NCBI GenBank assembly: GCA_902763655.1
Contig: CACWSW010000022.1
Span: 1 to 57,469 of the forward strand
Direction of reading: 5' to 3'
DNA: 57,469 nucleotides
Origin: an uncultured bacterium
GTDB taxonomy: Bacteria; Verrucomicrobiota; Kiritimatiellia; RFP12; UBA1067
Shown here: positions 9,178 through 17,766 of the stretch, one piece after another
Layout: each line of letters begins with the position of its first letter
Position numbering within the stretch: the first letter of the stretch is position 1
Translations under genes and position numbers: made by a program
Notes under the pieces: model-generated
Database searches by the model: none
Seen by the model: only the letters and a program-made list of their open reading frames with translations
Told to the model about the DNA's origin: nothing

Positions 9178-11369
9178 TCGCCACGTCCGCACCTGTCGGA
9201 CATCTCGAACGCGAGTTCGCCGCCCTTGCGCAGGTCGGCGAACTTGACGAAGTTGCCGTTCACCGCCCGGCCGGCGAGCGTGACGCGCCTCGCGTAGCGG
9301 CGCGCAGCCGAGACCCCCGGCGCGGAGACGACGAGCGTCGCGTCGCCCGGCATGCGCACGACCGTCCTCTCGAAAAGCGGCGAGCCGAGAGCGTACTCGC
9401 CCGACGCCGGACACACCGGATACATCCCGAGCGCGCTCCAGACGAACCACGCGGATGTCTGGCCGTTGTCCTCGTCGCCGCAGTAGCCGTCCGGCGACGG
9501 CCTGTAGAGACGGTCCATCGCCTCGCGCGCCCAGTGCTGCGCCTTCCACGGCTCGTCGGTCCAGTCGTAGAGGTAGATCATGTGCTGGATGGGCTGGTTG
9601 CCGTGCGCGTACTGGCCGAAGTCCGCCACCTGCATCTCGCGCATCTCGTGTATGACCCTGCCGCCGTAGCCGCGGAACACGGGCGGCAGGACGAACACCT
9701 CGTCCAGCTTCTTCGCGAGGACCGCCTTGCCGCCCATCGCCTCGGCGAGCCCGCCGACGTCGTGGAACACGCTCCAGGTGTAGTGCCAGCTGCACCCCTC
9801 TATGAAATCCGCGCCCCACTCGAACTGGTCGAAGTTCGCGTCGAACGTGCCGTCCGAGGCCCGTCCGCACATCATCCCGCGCGACGGGTCGAAGACGTTC
9901 CGCCAGTTCCCGCTCCGCCGCAGGTAGACGTCCGTCTCGTCCTTCGGACGTCCCAGCGCCACGCCGAGCCGCCAGATGCACCAGTCGTCGTAGGCGTACT
10001 CGAGCGTCCGCGCGGCGGAATACCTGATCTTCACGTCGCGCGGCACGTACCCGAGGCGGTTGTACAGCTCCCACCCGTCGCGTCCGCACGACTTGTTCCC
10101 CTCCTTCACCGCGTTCGCGCCGTGCAGCAGCGCACGGTAGAGCTCCTCGGCAGTCTCGCGGGATGCGACGCCCGGCGTCAGGCAGGCGTCCGCCACCACG
10201 CTCGCCGAGTTGTTGCCTATCATGCAGTTGACGATGCCCGGCGCCGACCATTCCGGCAGCCAGCCGCACTCCAGCCAGCAGTTGCGGAGCCCCTCCGTCA
10301 TCTTCGCGTTCACGTCGGGATATGCGAAGTTGAGGAGCGGGAAGAGCGCCCTAAACGTGTCCCAGAAGCCAGTTCCGGCATAGTAGACGCCCTTCTCGAC
10401 GCGCCCGGTCTCGGGGTTTCTGTGGACGGTCTCGCCGTCCGCGCCGAATTCGTGCAGCGCGAGCGGGAAGAGCTGGGTGCGGTAGAGGCACGTGTAGAAC
10501 TTGCGCATGTCGTCGAGCGCACCCTCCACGCCGATGCGCCCGAGCCGCTCGTTCCATGCCGCGCGACCTTCCTCCACGATGCGCCCGAAGTCGCCGTCGC
10601 CAAGCTCGCCGAGGTTCCGCTCAGCCTGCTCGAAGGAGATGTAGCTCGACGCGATCCTCACGGTGACCGTCTCGCCGCGCCTGGTGGGCGCGAACTTGAT
10701 CCTGGCGATGGACGTCCCTTCGCCGCCGGCCACGGCGAAGTCGCGGTCGAACTCGAGAACGAACCTGTTCGCGAATCCCTGCGGCAGACGTCCCATGCGG
10801 AAGAAGGCGCTCTCGCCCCTGATGCGGCGCGCCGCCGCGTCCACCTCCACGCGGCCGTCCTTGCCGAAGGCGTCCACCACGAGATACGGCGTGTCCGTCG
10901 CTGGATAGACGACGCGCGCGATGGCGGCGCGCTCCGTGGCCGTCAGCTCCACGGTCGTGTCGTCATCGGCGAGGTAGATCTTGAGGCGCTGAGGCTCGAA
11001 AGTCTCCGCCTTGTGCGTGAACCACGAAGCGCGCTGCTCCTCGCCGACGGCGTCGCGCGTGAGCGGCATGAAGCTCCATGCGCCGTGGTCGTTGATCCAC
11101 GGGCTGGGCGAGTGCGTCTGGCGGATGCCGCGGATCTTTTGGTCGCGGTAGCCGTATATCCATCCGTTGCCGTTCTTGCCGGTCTGGAGCGTCCAGAGGT
11201 GCATCCCGTTCGGACGTCCCACCGCCGGATACGTGTTGCCCGTAGAGAACTCGAACGTGCTGTCGGAACCCATGAGCGGCAGCACGTGCCGCGTCAGGTC
11301 CGAGTCCGCCCCAAAGACGGCGGCTCTCCATACGGCCGCGACCGCGGCGGCAATCAGGAGTCTTTCCAT
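9174..11369 (-). CDS. Glycoside hydrolase family 92 (alpha-1,2-mannosidase-like)
   Basis: GNTYP, QTHSPSPWINDHG, GFWDTFR, MIGN, EG.SWHYTW, QYAHGNQP.QH, GDEDNGQTSAW motifs. Start ATG 11369 with RBS GAGGTGA. Confidence 0.95.
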   Translation of the reverse strand: MERLLIAAAVAAVWRAAVFGADSDLTRHVLPLMGSDSTFEFSTGNTYPAVGRPNGMHLWTLQTGKNGNGWIYGYRDQKIRGIRQTHSPSPWINDHGAWSFMPLTRDAVGEEQRASWFTHKAETFEPQRLKIYLADDDTTVELTATERAAIARVVYPATDTPYLVVDAFGKDGRVEVDAAARRIRGESAFFRMGRLPQGFANRFVLEFDRDFAVAGGEGTSIARIKFAPTRRGETVTVRIASSYISFEQAERNLGELGDGDFGRIVEEGRAAWNERLGRIGVEGALDDMRKFYTCLYRTQLFPLALHEFGADGETVHRNPETGRVEKGVYYAGTGFWDTFRALFPLLNFAYPDVNAKMTEGLRNCWLECGWLPEWSAPGIVNCMIGNNSASVVADACLTPGVASRETAEELYRALLHGANAVKEGNKSCGRDGWELYNRLGYVPRDVKIRYSAARTLEYAYDDWCIWRLGVALGRPKDETDVYLRRSGNWRNVFDPSRGMMCGRASDGTFDANFDQFEWGADFIEGCSWHYTWSVFHDVGGLAEAMGGKAVLAKKLDEVFVLPPVFRGYGGRVIHEMREMQVADFGQYAHGNQPIQHMIYLYDWTDEPWKAQHWAREAMDRLYRPSPDGYCGDEDNGQTSAWFVWSALGMYPVCPASGEYALGSPLFERTVVRMPGDATLVVSAPGVSAARRYARRVTLAGRAVNGNFVKFADLRKGGELAFEMSDRCGRGD

Positions 11370-11385
11370 GTCTTCACCTCGTTTA

Positions 11386-12615
11386 TCAGTTGTGGGAAAG
11401 CGCCTCGACCGGGTTCTTCGACGCGGCGAGGAACGCGGGCACGAGAGAGGCCAGGAGTCCGAACACGAACACGATCGCCACCACCCACACCACGTCCGCG
11501 GTGACGAGGCGGTAGGGGATCGAGTCGAGCCCGTACACCGACTTCGGGAAGACCTCGATCCCGAAGCGCGCAAGCATCTCCACCAGGTTCTGCAGGTTCC
11601 TCAGCACCGCGAACGCCGCCGCGAGCCCCAGCACGACGCCCATCGTGCACTGCACGAGGCCGTGCACGACGAACGCGCCCATTATCTTGCCCTTCGGGAA
11701 CCCCAGCGCCTTCAGGAGCCCGATCTCGGACGTCTTCTGCACCGTGAGGACGAGCAGCGTGTTCATCACGCAGAAGAGCGCCACCACCGTGATCAGCATC
11801 AGGAGAAGCGCCGTCATGTTCTTCTCCACGGCGAGCGCGTTGAAGATCTCTCGGTCGGCCTCCTGCCACGTCACGAGGCGGCAGTCCTGCGCCGCCGCCG
11901 ACACCTGGGCGCACACGGCGGGGAACGCGACCGGATCGGCCGGCGCCGCCAGCTTGAGGTGGATCGCGAACACGCCCTTCTCCATCCCCATCAGCTCGCG
12001 CGCGTTGACGAGCGAGGCGACGGCGAACCCGGAATCGTAGTCGCGCTGCCCCGACGAGAAGATGCCCACCACCCGCCACTTCACGGGCAGGAATATCTCG
12101 TCGCGCGCCACCAGCGTCTTGGGCGAATAGACGGTCACGTCGTCGCCGACCCACACGCCGAGCGACCGCGCAAGGTCTATGCCCAGCACGATCGAGTCGC
12201 CTTCCAGGTCGAACGTTCCCGCGCGCGGCCTCCCCACCTTGTAGGCGGCGGCGAACCGTTCGGGGTCAACGCCCAAGACCACCGGAGCCGACACGCGTCC
12301 GCGGTACTCCAGCAGGACGCGCGTGTCGATCTCCGGCGTCACGGCCGTGACGCCGGGAATCGCCTCCAGCCTCTTCGTCAGGTCGTCCTCCCCGTGGATC
12401 ACGTGCCCTCCTCCGAGCGCGGTCAGCGTGATGTGCGGCTTGAAGTCGAGTATCTTCTCCTGCCACAGGTCCCCGAAGCCGGTCATCACGGCGCGGACGA
12501 TGATCACCACCGCCACGCCCAGCAGCACGCCGAGGACGGACACGCAGGTGATGACGCTCGTCACCGAACGCTTCGGCTTCAGGTACTTGAGCGCGAGGAA
12601 GAGGGAGAACGGCAT
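11386..12615 (-). CDS. LolC/E-type lipoprotein-releasing ABC transporter permease (FtsX/MacB family)
   Basis: FLALKYL, GV.LGVAV.I.V.AVM.GF, EKNM, SEIGLLKALG, C-terminal P..AL. Start at ATG 12615 (MPFSLFLA). Confidence 0.9.
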   Translation of the reverse strand: MPFSLFLALKYLKPKRSVTSVITCVSVLGVLLGVAVVIIVRAVMTGFGDLWQEKILDFKPHITLTALGGGHVIHGEDDLTKRLEAIPGVTAVTPEIDTRVLLEYRGRVSAPVVLGVDPERFAAAYKVGRPRAGTFDLEGDSIVLGIDLARSLGVWVGDDVTVYSPKTLVARDEIFLPVKWRVVGIFSSGQRDYDSGFAVASLVNARELMGMEKGVFAIHLKLAAPADPVAFPAVCAQVSAAAQDCRLVTWQEADREIFNALAVEKNMTALLLMLITVVALFCVMNTLLVLTVQKTSEIGLLKALGFPKGKIMGAFVVHGLVQCTMGVVLGLAAAFAVLRNLQNLVEMLARFGIEVFPKSVYGLDSIPYRLVTADVVWVVAIVFVFGLLASLVPAFLAASKNPVEALSHN

Positions 12616-12628
12616 GGGAAGCAGAAGC

Positions 12629-13471
12629 CTACTTGCGGGCCTTGTACTCGTCGAGCTGCTTCTTCGCACAGTTCGTCGTAACGGTCTGCGCGCCGCGCTC
12701 GAAGGCGAGCAGCGACTGGTCGAGGTTGTCGATCGTCCAGGCGTGGAACTCGTAGCCCTTGTCCTTGATCGCCTTGATGAAGTCGGCCGTGATCACCTCC
12801 GGCTTGAAGTGGCAGTCCACGCCGTCCGCACCCGTCTCCTTGAGGCCCTCCAGCACGTAGTTCACGGTGATCGGCGTCCACTTCTTGTCCTTGCCCTTGT
12901 AGCCCGAGGACGTGAGCCAGTACACCTTGTACTCCGGCATCAGCCTCTTCAGCTCCTTGCACGTCGCGCGATTGAAGGCGATGAAGAGCGTGTTCTTGTT
13001 TGTGGCCTTCTTCTGCTTCGCGTAGATTTCCTTGATGTACGGCACGATCTCGGGGCCGGGCTTCACCTCCACGTAGATCTGGCGACCGTCTACGGCGAGC
13101 TCCAGCACCTCCTCGAGAAGCGCCGGGCGCGTAGGCGAGAACTTGCTGCCCTTCCACTTGCCCCAGCCGCCCACGTCGACCTTCGAGATCTCGTCCGCCC
13201 AGCTGGCCTCGGCGCACTTCTTCGTGCAGGCGCCGGCCGTCGTGCGCTTGAGGTTGCCGTCGTGGAACGTGAACACGCGCTTGTCAGCCGAGAGGTAGAT
13301 GTCGCACTCGAAGCCGAAGCCGCGGTCCACGGCCATCTTGTAGGCGGGGAGCGTGTTTTCCGGCGCGTCGTGCGACTCGCCGCGGTGGCAGATGAACGTG
13401 GCATAGTCCGGCTGGGCGGCGCCCAGCATCCCAGCGACGGCAACCGCCGCCAGCCCAATCATCGTCTTCAT
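12629..13471 (-). CDS. Secreted glycerophosphodiester phosphodiesterase (GDPD family), second paralog
   Basis: CHRGESHDAPENT, ECDIY, FHD, YVEVK, WTID, TTN motifs; signal peptide. Confidence 0.9.
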   Translation of the reverse strand: MKTMIGLAAVAVAGMLGAAQPDYATFICHRGESHDAPENTLPAYKMAVDRGFGFECDIYLSADKRVFTFHDGNLKRTTAGACTKKCAEASWADEISKVDVGGWGKWKGSKFSPTRPALLEEVLELAVDGRQIYVEVKPGPEIVPYIKEIYAKQKKATNKNTLFIAFNRATCKELKRLMPEYKVYWLTSSGYKGKDKKWTPITVNYVLEGLKETGADGVDCHFKPEVITADFIKAIKDKGYEFHAWTIDNLDQSLLAFERGAQTVTTNCAKKQLDEYKARK

Positions 13472-13509
13472 TCTATTTTCCTTTCTGGTTTATGAAAAGC
13501 AACGGCAAG

Positions 13510-13537
13510 ATTATACCACGAATGGCCGTCCTGTCAA
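13510..13537 (-). promoter_or_regulatory. sigma70 promoter for GDPD-lolC/E-GH92
   Basis: TTGACA (13537-13532), 16-nt spacer, TGG-TATAAT (13518-13510). Confidence 0.75.
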
Positions 13538-13553
13538 AAGCGGATCGCGCTTC

Positions 13554-14804
13554 TCACTCGAGCGTCAGGAACACGCGGATGCCGTCCTCGTTGGGCGAGC
13601 TTCCGTCCATCGCGCGCCAGCCCCGGTAGGGCGAGCGGATCATCTGGGGCGCCGTCACGTAGGAGCCGCCGCGAATCACGTGGCCGAGACCGGCGGAGCC
13701 GCTCCGACCTTTCAGCGGATCCGTGACAGGGGACGTTCCCAGATTGTGTACAAAACCGTCGCGGCACAGTTCAAACACGTTCCCGTGCATGTCGTAAAGG
13801 CCCCAGGCGTTCGGCGCCTTCTGCCCCACCGGATGCGTGCTGCTCAACGCGTTCGTCGTGTACCAGGCCATGTCCGTCAGCGCGAGGAAGTTCGTGTCCG
13901 CGTTGTAGGGCGTAACCGTCCCCGCGCGGCACGCGTACTCCCACTGCGCGTCGGTCGGCAGCGTGAAGAGGAGCCCCGTCTTCTGGCGCAGCGCGTAGAA
14001 GAACGAGGTCTCGACCACGTCGTTCGACGCCGACGGATCGAAGCCCTCGCCCCACAGCTCGTTCAGCTTCTTGCCGTTCAGGGGCCGCAGTGCGCTGCCG
14101 CTGGACGTTTCCGACGCATCGCCCAGCACCAAACGGTATTGCGCGCGCGTCACCTCAAACACGCCCGCGTAGAACGGCTTGGTGAGCGTGACCTGATGCA
14201 GGTATTCACGGGCCCGCGTATTGTCGTTGTAGTCGTGCCCCACGTCATCCGGAAACGCCCCCATCTTGAACGTGCCGGCCGGGATATACCTGAGCCACAG
14301 CCGGTTTGACACGCAGGAGAGGTCTGCCGGATCGGGAACGGCGCGCGTGAGCGTCACGGGGTAGCGCGCCGCCTCGGGTCCCTCGCTCAGGTCCACCACC
14401 ATGTACACCTCGGGCACGAAGTTGGTGTACCAGGCGGAGACCACGACGCTGGCGTTGCTGCCGATGTTGCCATACCAGTCCTTGCGCGCGTCCCACACGA
14501 TCGTCTTCTCCTGTCCGTCGTCGACCACGGGAGCGCCCGCCATGAAATCGGCGCCGCGCTGCGAGATGTCGCCGCTGACTCTCACGATGTTCTGCATCCC
14601 AATCGAGACGCCGTTCGTCAGCACGTCCATCGTCACCCAGGCCGGCTCGCCCTGGTTGGCGAGCGCGTACTTCACCGTCACCCGCTGCGTTTGGCGATCC
14701 TGCGAGAAGCGCGTGCCGGACACGGCGATCGGCGCCGTCATGTTTGCCGCCCCTGCCGCGAACGGCAGCGCCAGCAACAGATATGCGAAAGAGGATTTCT
14801 TCAT
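13554..14804 (-). CDS. Secreted FGE-sulfatase/SUMF1-domain (C-type lectin fold) protein, copy 1
   Basis: AGTFKMG, HQVTLTKPF..GVFEVT..QY, LPTDAQWEYACRAG, PNAWGLYDMHGNV, RGGS motifs. Start ATG 14804 with RBS AAAGGA. Confidence 0.9.
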   Translation of the reverse strand: MKKSSFAYLLLALPFAAGAANMTAPIAVSGTRFSQDRQTQRVTVKYALANQGEPAWVTMDVLTNGVSIGMQNIVRVSGDISQRGADFMAGAPVVDDGQEKTIVWDARKDWYGNIGSNASVVVSAWYTNFVPEVYMVVDLSEGPEAARYPVTLTRAVPDPADLSCVSNRLWLRYIPAGTFKMGAFPDDVGHDYNDNTRAREYLHQVTLTKPFYAGVFEVTRAQYRLVLGDASETSSGSALRPLNGKKLNELWGEGFDPSASNDVVETSFFYALRQKTGLLFTLPTDAQWEYACRAGTVTPYNADTNFLALTDMAWYTTNALSSTHPVGQKAPNAWGLYDMHGNVFELCRDGFVHNLGTSPVTDPLKGRSGSAGLGHVIRGGSYVTAPQMIRSPYRGWRAMDGSSPNEDGIRVFLTLE

Positions 14805-14831
14805 TTCAAGGTTCCTTTCATGCATGCGCCG

Positions 14832-16064
14832 TCATTCCAGCGTCAACCACAGGCGGAAGCCGTCGTTGGGAGTATTGCCCGCACTGTAGCCCGACGCCGA
14901 GGGCGATGCCGCACGCCAGTTGCGCTGCGCGGAACGGCAGGTCGCCGCGTTCTGCCACGCGCTTCCACCCCGTATCACAAAACCTTCTCCCCCTTCTCCC
15001 TTGTAGAGCGGATCCGTCCGGGCTGCTGACCCCAGATTCTCAAGTATCCTTTCCCTGCAAAACTCAAACACGTTGCCGTGCATGTCGTAAAGGCCCCAGG
15101 CGTTCGGCGTCTTCTGGCCGACCGGATGCACCTTGCTCGACGCGTTCCCGCTGTACCAGGCAATGCTGCTCAGCGCAACCGTCGCGTTCGTCTCCACGTT
15201 GTAGGGCGTGGTCGTGCCCGCGCGGCAGGCGTACTCCCACTGCGCGTCGGTCGGCAGGCTGAAGAGCATCCCCGTCTTCTCGCGGATCTTCGCGAAGAAC
15301 GAGCCTTCCGCCACCGTGTTGGAGACGGCTGGATTGATGCCTTCGCCGACGAGCATGTAAAGCATCAGGTTGTTCACGGGACAGGTCAGCGACGAACCGT
15401 TTCCGGGGTCGCTCCCCATCACGAGCCGGTACTGCGCGCGCGTGACCTCGAACACGCCAGCGAAAAACGGCTTGGTGAGCGTCACCTGATGCTGTGACTC
15501 GCGATTCGAATTACGCCCCGCCTCCGTCGAGGGGCTGCCCTGCGTGAACGTGCCGGCCTCGATGCGCCGCATCCACAACCTGTTCGAGACGCACGTGATG
15601 TCCGTGGGATCGGGCACGTCGAACGTCGCCACCACCGGATACGACGCCGCGTCTGGCCCGCCGCTCAGGTCGATGTAGATGTACTCGAGCTTGGGCGGAG
15701 GATTGTCCACGGAATGTGCGGATATCCGCACGGAGGCATTCGTCATCAGATGATCCGGCCAGTCGTCCATCACCGGCCACGTGATCGTCTTCATCTCGCC
15801 GTCGTCCGGCACGGCGTGCCCGTCGATCTGCGAGATGTCGCCAACCGCCGACTTGATGTTCAGGTTGGCGGACGCGACGGCGATGCCGTCGCCGTCCAGC
15901 ACCTCCATCGTCACATACGCCGGGCTGCCGCCATTCGAGAGCGCGTAGTTCACGGTCACCACGCGCGTGGCACGGTCCTGCCGGAACGACACGTCGCTGA
16001 TCGTGGCCGCCCCCGCCATCAGCGGCAGAAGCACGAAAAGACATGCGAATCTGTATGTTTTCAT
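14832..16064 (-). CDS. Secreted FGE-sulfatase/SUMF1-domain protein, copy 2
   Basis: Same motif set as copy 1; signal peptide; same RBS context (GAAAGGAACCT). Confidence 0.9.
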   Translation of the reverse strand: MKTYRFACLFVLLPLMAGAATISDVSFRQDRATRVVTVNYALSNGGSPAYVTMEVLDGDGIAVASANLNIKSAVGDISQIDGHAVPDDGEMKTITWPVMDDWPDHLMTNASVRISAHSVDNPPPKLEYIYIDLSGGPDAASYPVVATFDVPDPTDITCVSNRLWMRRIEAGTFTQGSPSTEAGRNSNRESQHQVTLTKPFFAGVFEVTRAQYRLVMGSDPGNGSSLTCPVNNLMLYMLVGEGINPAVSNTVAEGSFFAKIREKTGMLFSLPTDAQWEYACRAGTTTPYNVETNATVALSSIAWYSGNASSKVHPVGQKTPNAWGLYDMHGNVFEFCRERILENLGSAARTDPLYKGEGGEGFVIRGGSAWQNAATCRSAQRNWRAASPSASGYSAGNTPNDGFRLWLTLE

Positions 16065-16098
16065 ATCGAGGTTCCTTTCTCGCTCACGTCGGCGCCCT

Positions 16099-17358
16099 TC
16101 ACTCCGCCGTCAACCAGAGGCGGAAACCGTCGTTCTGCCCGGAGCCGCCGTACCACGTGGACGAAGGATCCGACTCGCTCGGCGCGCGCCAGCCGCGCCG
16201 GGCCGAACGGCAGTCGCCAGCCCCTTCGGAGAATGTCCCGCCGCGAATCACGAAACCGCTGCCGCCCCACTTATTTAGCGGATCCGTCCGCGCGTCAGGA
16301 CCCAAACTCGTGTTCAGACGCTCCCTGCAGAACTCGAGCACGTTGCCGTGCATGTCGTAAAGCCCCCAGGCGTTCGGCCTCTTCTGGCCAACGGGATGTA
16401 CCTTGTTCGATGCGTTCCCGGTATACCAGGCGAGGTCGCCCAGTGTGACCGTTGCATTCGTCTCCACGTTGTAGGGCCCGGTCGTTCCCGCTCGGCAGGC
16501 GTACTCCCACTGCGCGTCCGTCGGCAGGTTGAGGAACAGCCCCGTCTTCTCGCGTATCCTCGCGAGGAACGTGCCAGCTACCACCGTGTTGGATACGGCG
16601 GGATTGATGTTCGTGCCGACGAAATCGTAGAACTTCACCTTGTTCACGGGACACGTCATCGTATCGCCAATGCCGGGTTCGCTCCCCATCACCAGACGGT
16701 ACTGTGCCCGCGTGAGCTCGAACACGCCGGCGTAGAAAGGTTTCGTGAGCGTGACCTGATGCTGCGTCTCGCGCCCCGACGTGTCACGCCCCGCCTCGGT
16801 CTCGGGACTGCCCTGCGTGAACGTACCGGCGGAAATGTAGCGCAGCCACAGCTTGTTCGAGACGCAGGACAGGTCCGTCGGGTCGGGCACCACAGTCGAC
16901 AACGAAACCGGATACCGCACCGCCGCCGGGCCTTCGCTCAGGTCCACCACCATGTAGACGCCGGGGGGCGAATTGGTGTACCAGGCCGTTACCTCCACCG
17001 TCACGTTGCTGCCGAGGTTGCCGTGCCAGTCCCGGTGGGCGTCCCACACGATCGTCTTCTCCAGGCCGTCGTCGGCCACCGGCCCGCGCCCCACCATGTC
17101 AAGGCCGTACCGCGAGACGTCGCCGGATACGGAGCTGACGTGCTGCATCCCGATCGAGACGCCGTTCGTCAGCACGTCCATCGTCACCCAGGCCGGCTCG
17201 CCCTGGTTGGCGAGCTCGTAGTTCACCGTCACCCGCTGCGTGGCGCGGTCCTGCGAGAAGCGGACGTTGGAGACCGTGAGCGGCTCCGTGAGGTTCACCG
17301 CCCCCGCCGCGAACGCCAGCGCAAGGGCCGTAACAAGCAAAGTAGTAAATGCTTTCAT
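16099..17358 (-). CDS. Secreted FGE-sulfatase/SUMF1-domain protein, copy 3
   Basis: Same motif set. Start ATG 17358 (MKAFTT) with GGGGAG RBS. Confidence 0.9.
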   Translation of the reverse strand: MKAFTTLLVTALALAFAAGAVNLTEPLTVSNVRFSQDRATQRVTVNYELANQGEPAWVTMDVLTNGVSIGMQHVSSVSGDVSRYGLDMVGRGPVADDGLEKTIVWDAHRDWHGNLGSNVTVEVTAWYTNSPPGVYMVVDLSEGPAAVRYPVSLSTVVPDPTDLSCVSNKLWLRYISAGTFTQGSPETEAGRDTSGRETQHQVTLTKPFYAGVFELTRAQYRLVMGSEPGIGDTMTCPVNKVKFYDFVGTNINPAVSNTVVAGTFLARIREKTGLFLNLPTDAQWEYACRAGTTGPYNVETNATVTLGDLAWYTGNASNKVHPVGQKRPNAWGLYDMHGNVLEFCRERLNTSLGPDARTDPLNKWGGSGFVIRGGTFSEGAGDCRSARRGWRAPSESDPSSTWYGGSGQNDGFRLWLTAE

Positions 17359-17374
17359 CGTCAAACTCCCCCGC

Positions 17375-17614
17375 CTAGCGGAACATGATCAAGGTACCAA
17401 TGGCCGTGGCCGTGTCGAGGGTGAACGTCTCCTCTGACACGGAATCATGTCCCGACCGGGCTTCCAGCACGGGGGTCGCGGCGGCGCTGCCGCTCACACG
17501 AAGGCGGCTGTCAATGACGCCCGGTTGCGACGTTGCCGAATCTGCAGCAAACGCCCATGAGGCTCCTATGATAACGCCTGCCAGCGCAACGACAGGCCTA
17601 CTCCATCTCGCCAT
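17375..17614 (-). CDS. Small secreted hypothetical protein (79 aa) ending in GTLIMFR
   Basis: GAGGAGG RBS before ATG 17614; signal peptide MARWSRPVVALAGVIIGASWAFA; tightly packed at the head of the FGE triplet. Confidence 0.65.
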   Translation of the reverse strand: MARWSRPVVALAGVIIGASWAFAADSATSQPGVIDSRLRVSGSAAATPVLEARSGHDSVSEETFTLDTATAIGTLIMFR

Positions 17615-17719
17615 GCCTTCCTCCTCGCTCATTCTTGTCATTCCAGAACACCTCCGCCGCATAGTCCGAAGGGCACGCCGAACATCGACGGAAACGCGGC
17701 AGAAGAACAAAACAGGCAC

Positions 17720-17748
17720 AGTCTAGCATTTCCGCCCCTGTCGCACAA
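17720..17748 (-). promoter_or_regulatory. Putative promoter for the small protein + FGE triplet operon
   Basis: TTGTGC (17748-17743), 17-nt spacer, TGC-TAGACT (17728-17720). Confidence 0.45.
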
Positions 17749-17766
17749 GGCAGAAAGCGCTTCAAA

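Noticed and set aside
13554-17358. Diversity-generating retroelement acting on the FGE/CLec genes
   Set aside because: No reverse transcriptase or template repeat in the window; differences between copies are indels and general substitutions, not adenine-specific. A DGR elsewhere in the genome cannot be excluded.
13554-17358. True formylglycine-generating enzymes for sulfatase maturation
   Set aside because: The catalytic cysteine pair is absent and no sulfatase is in the window.
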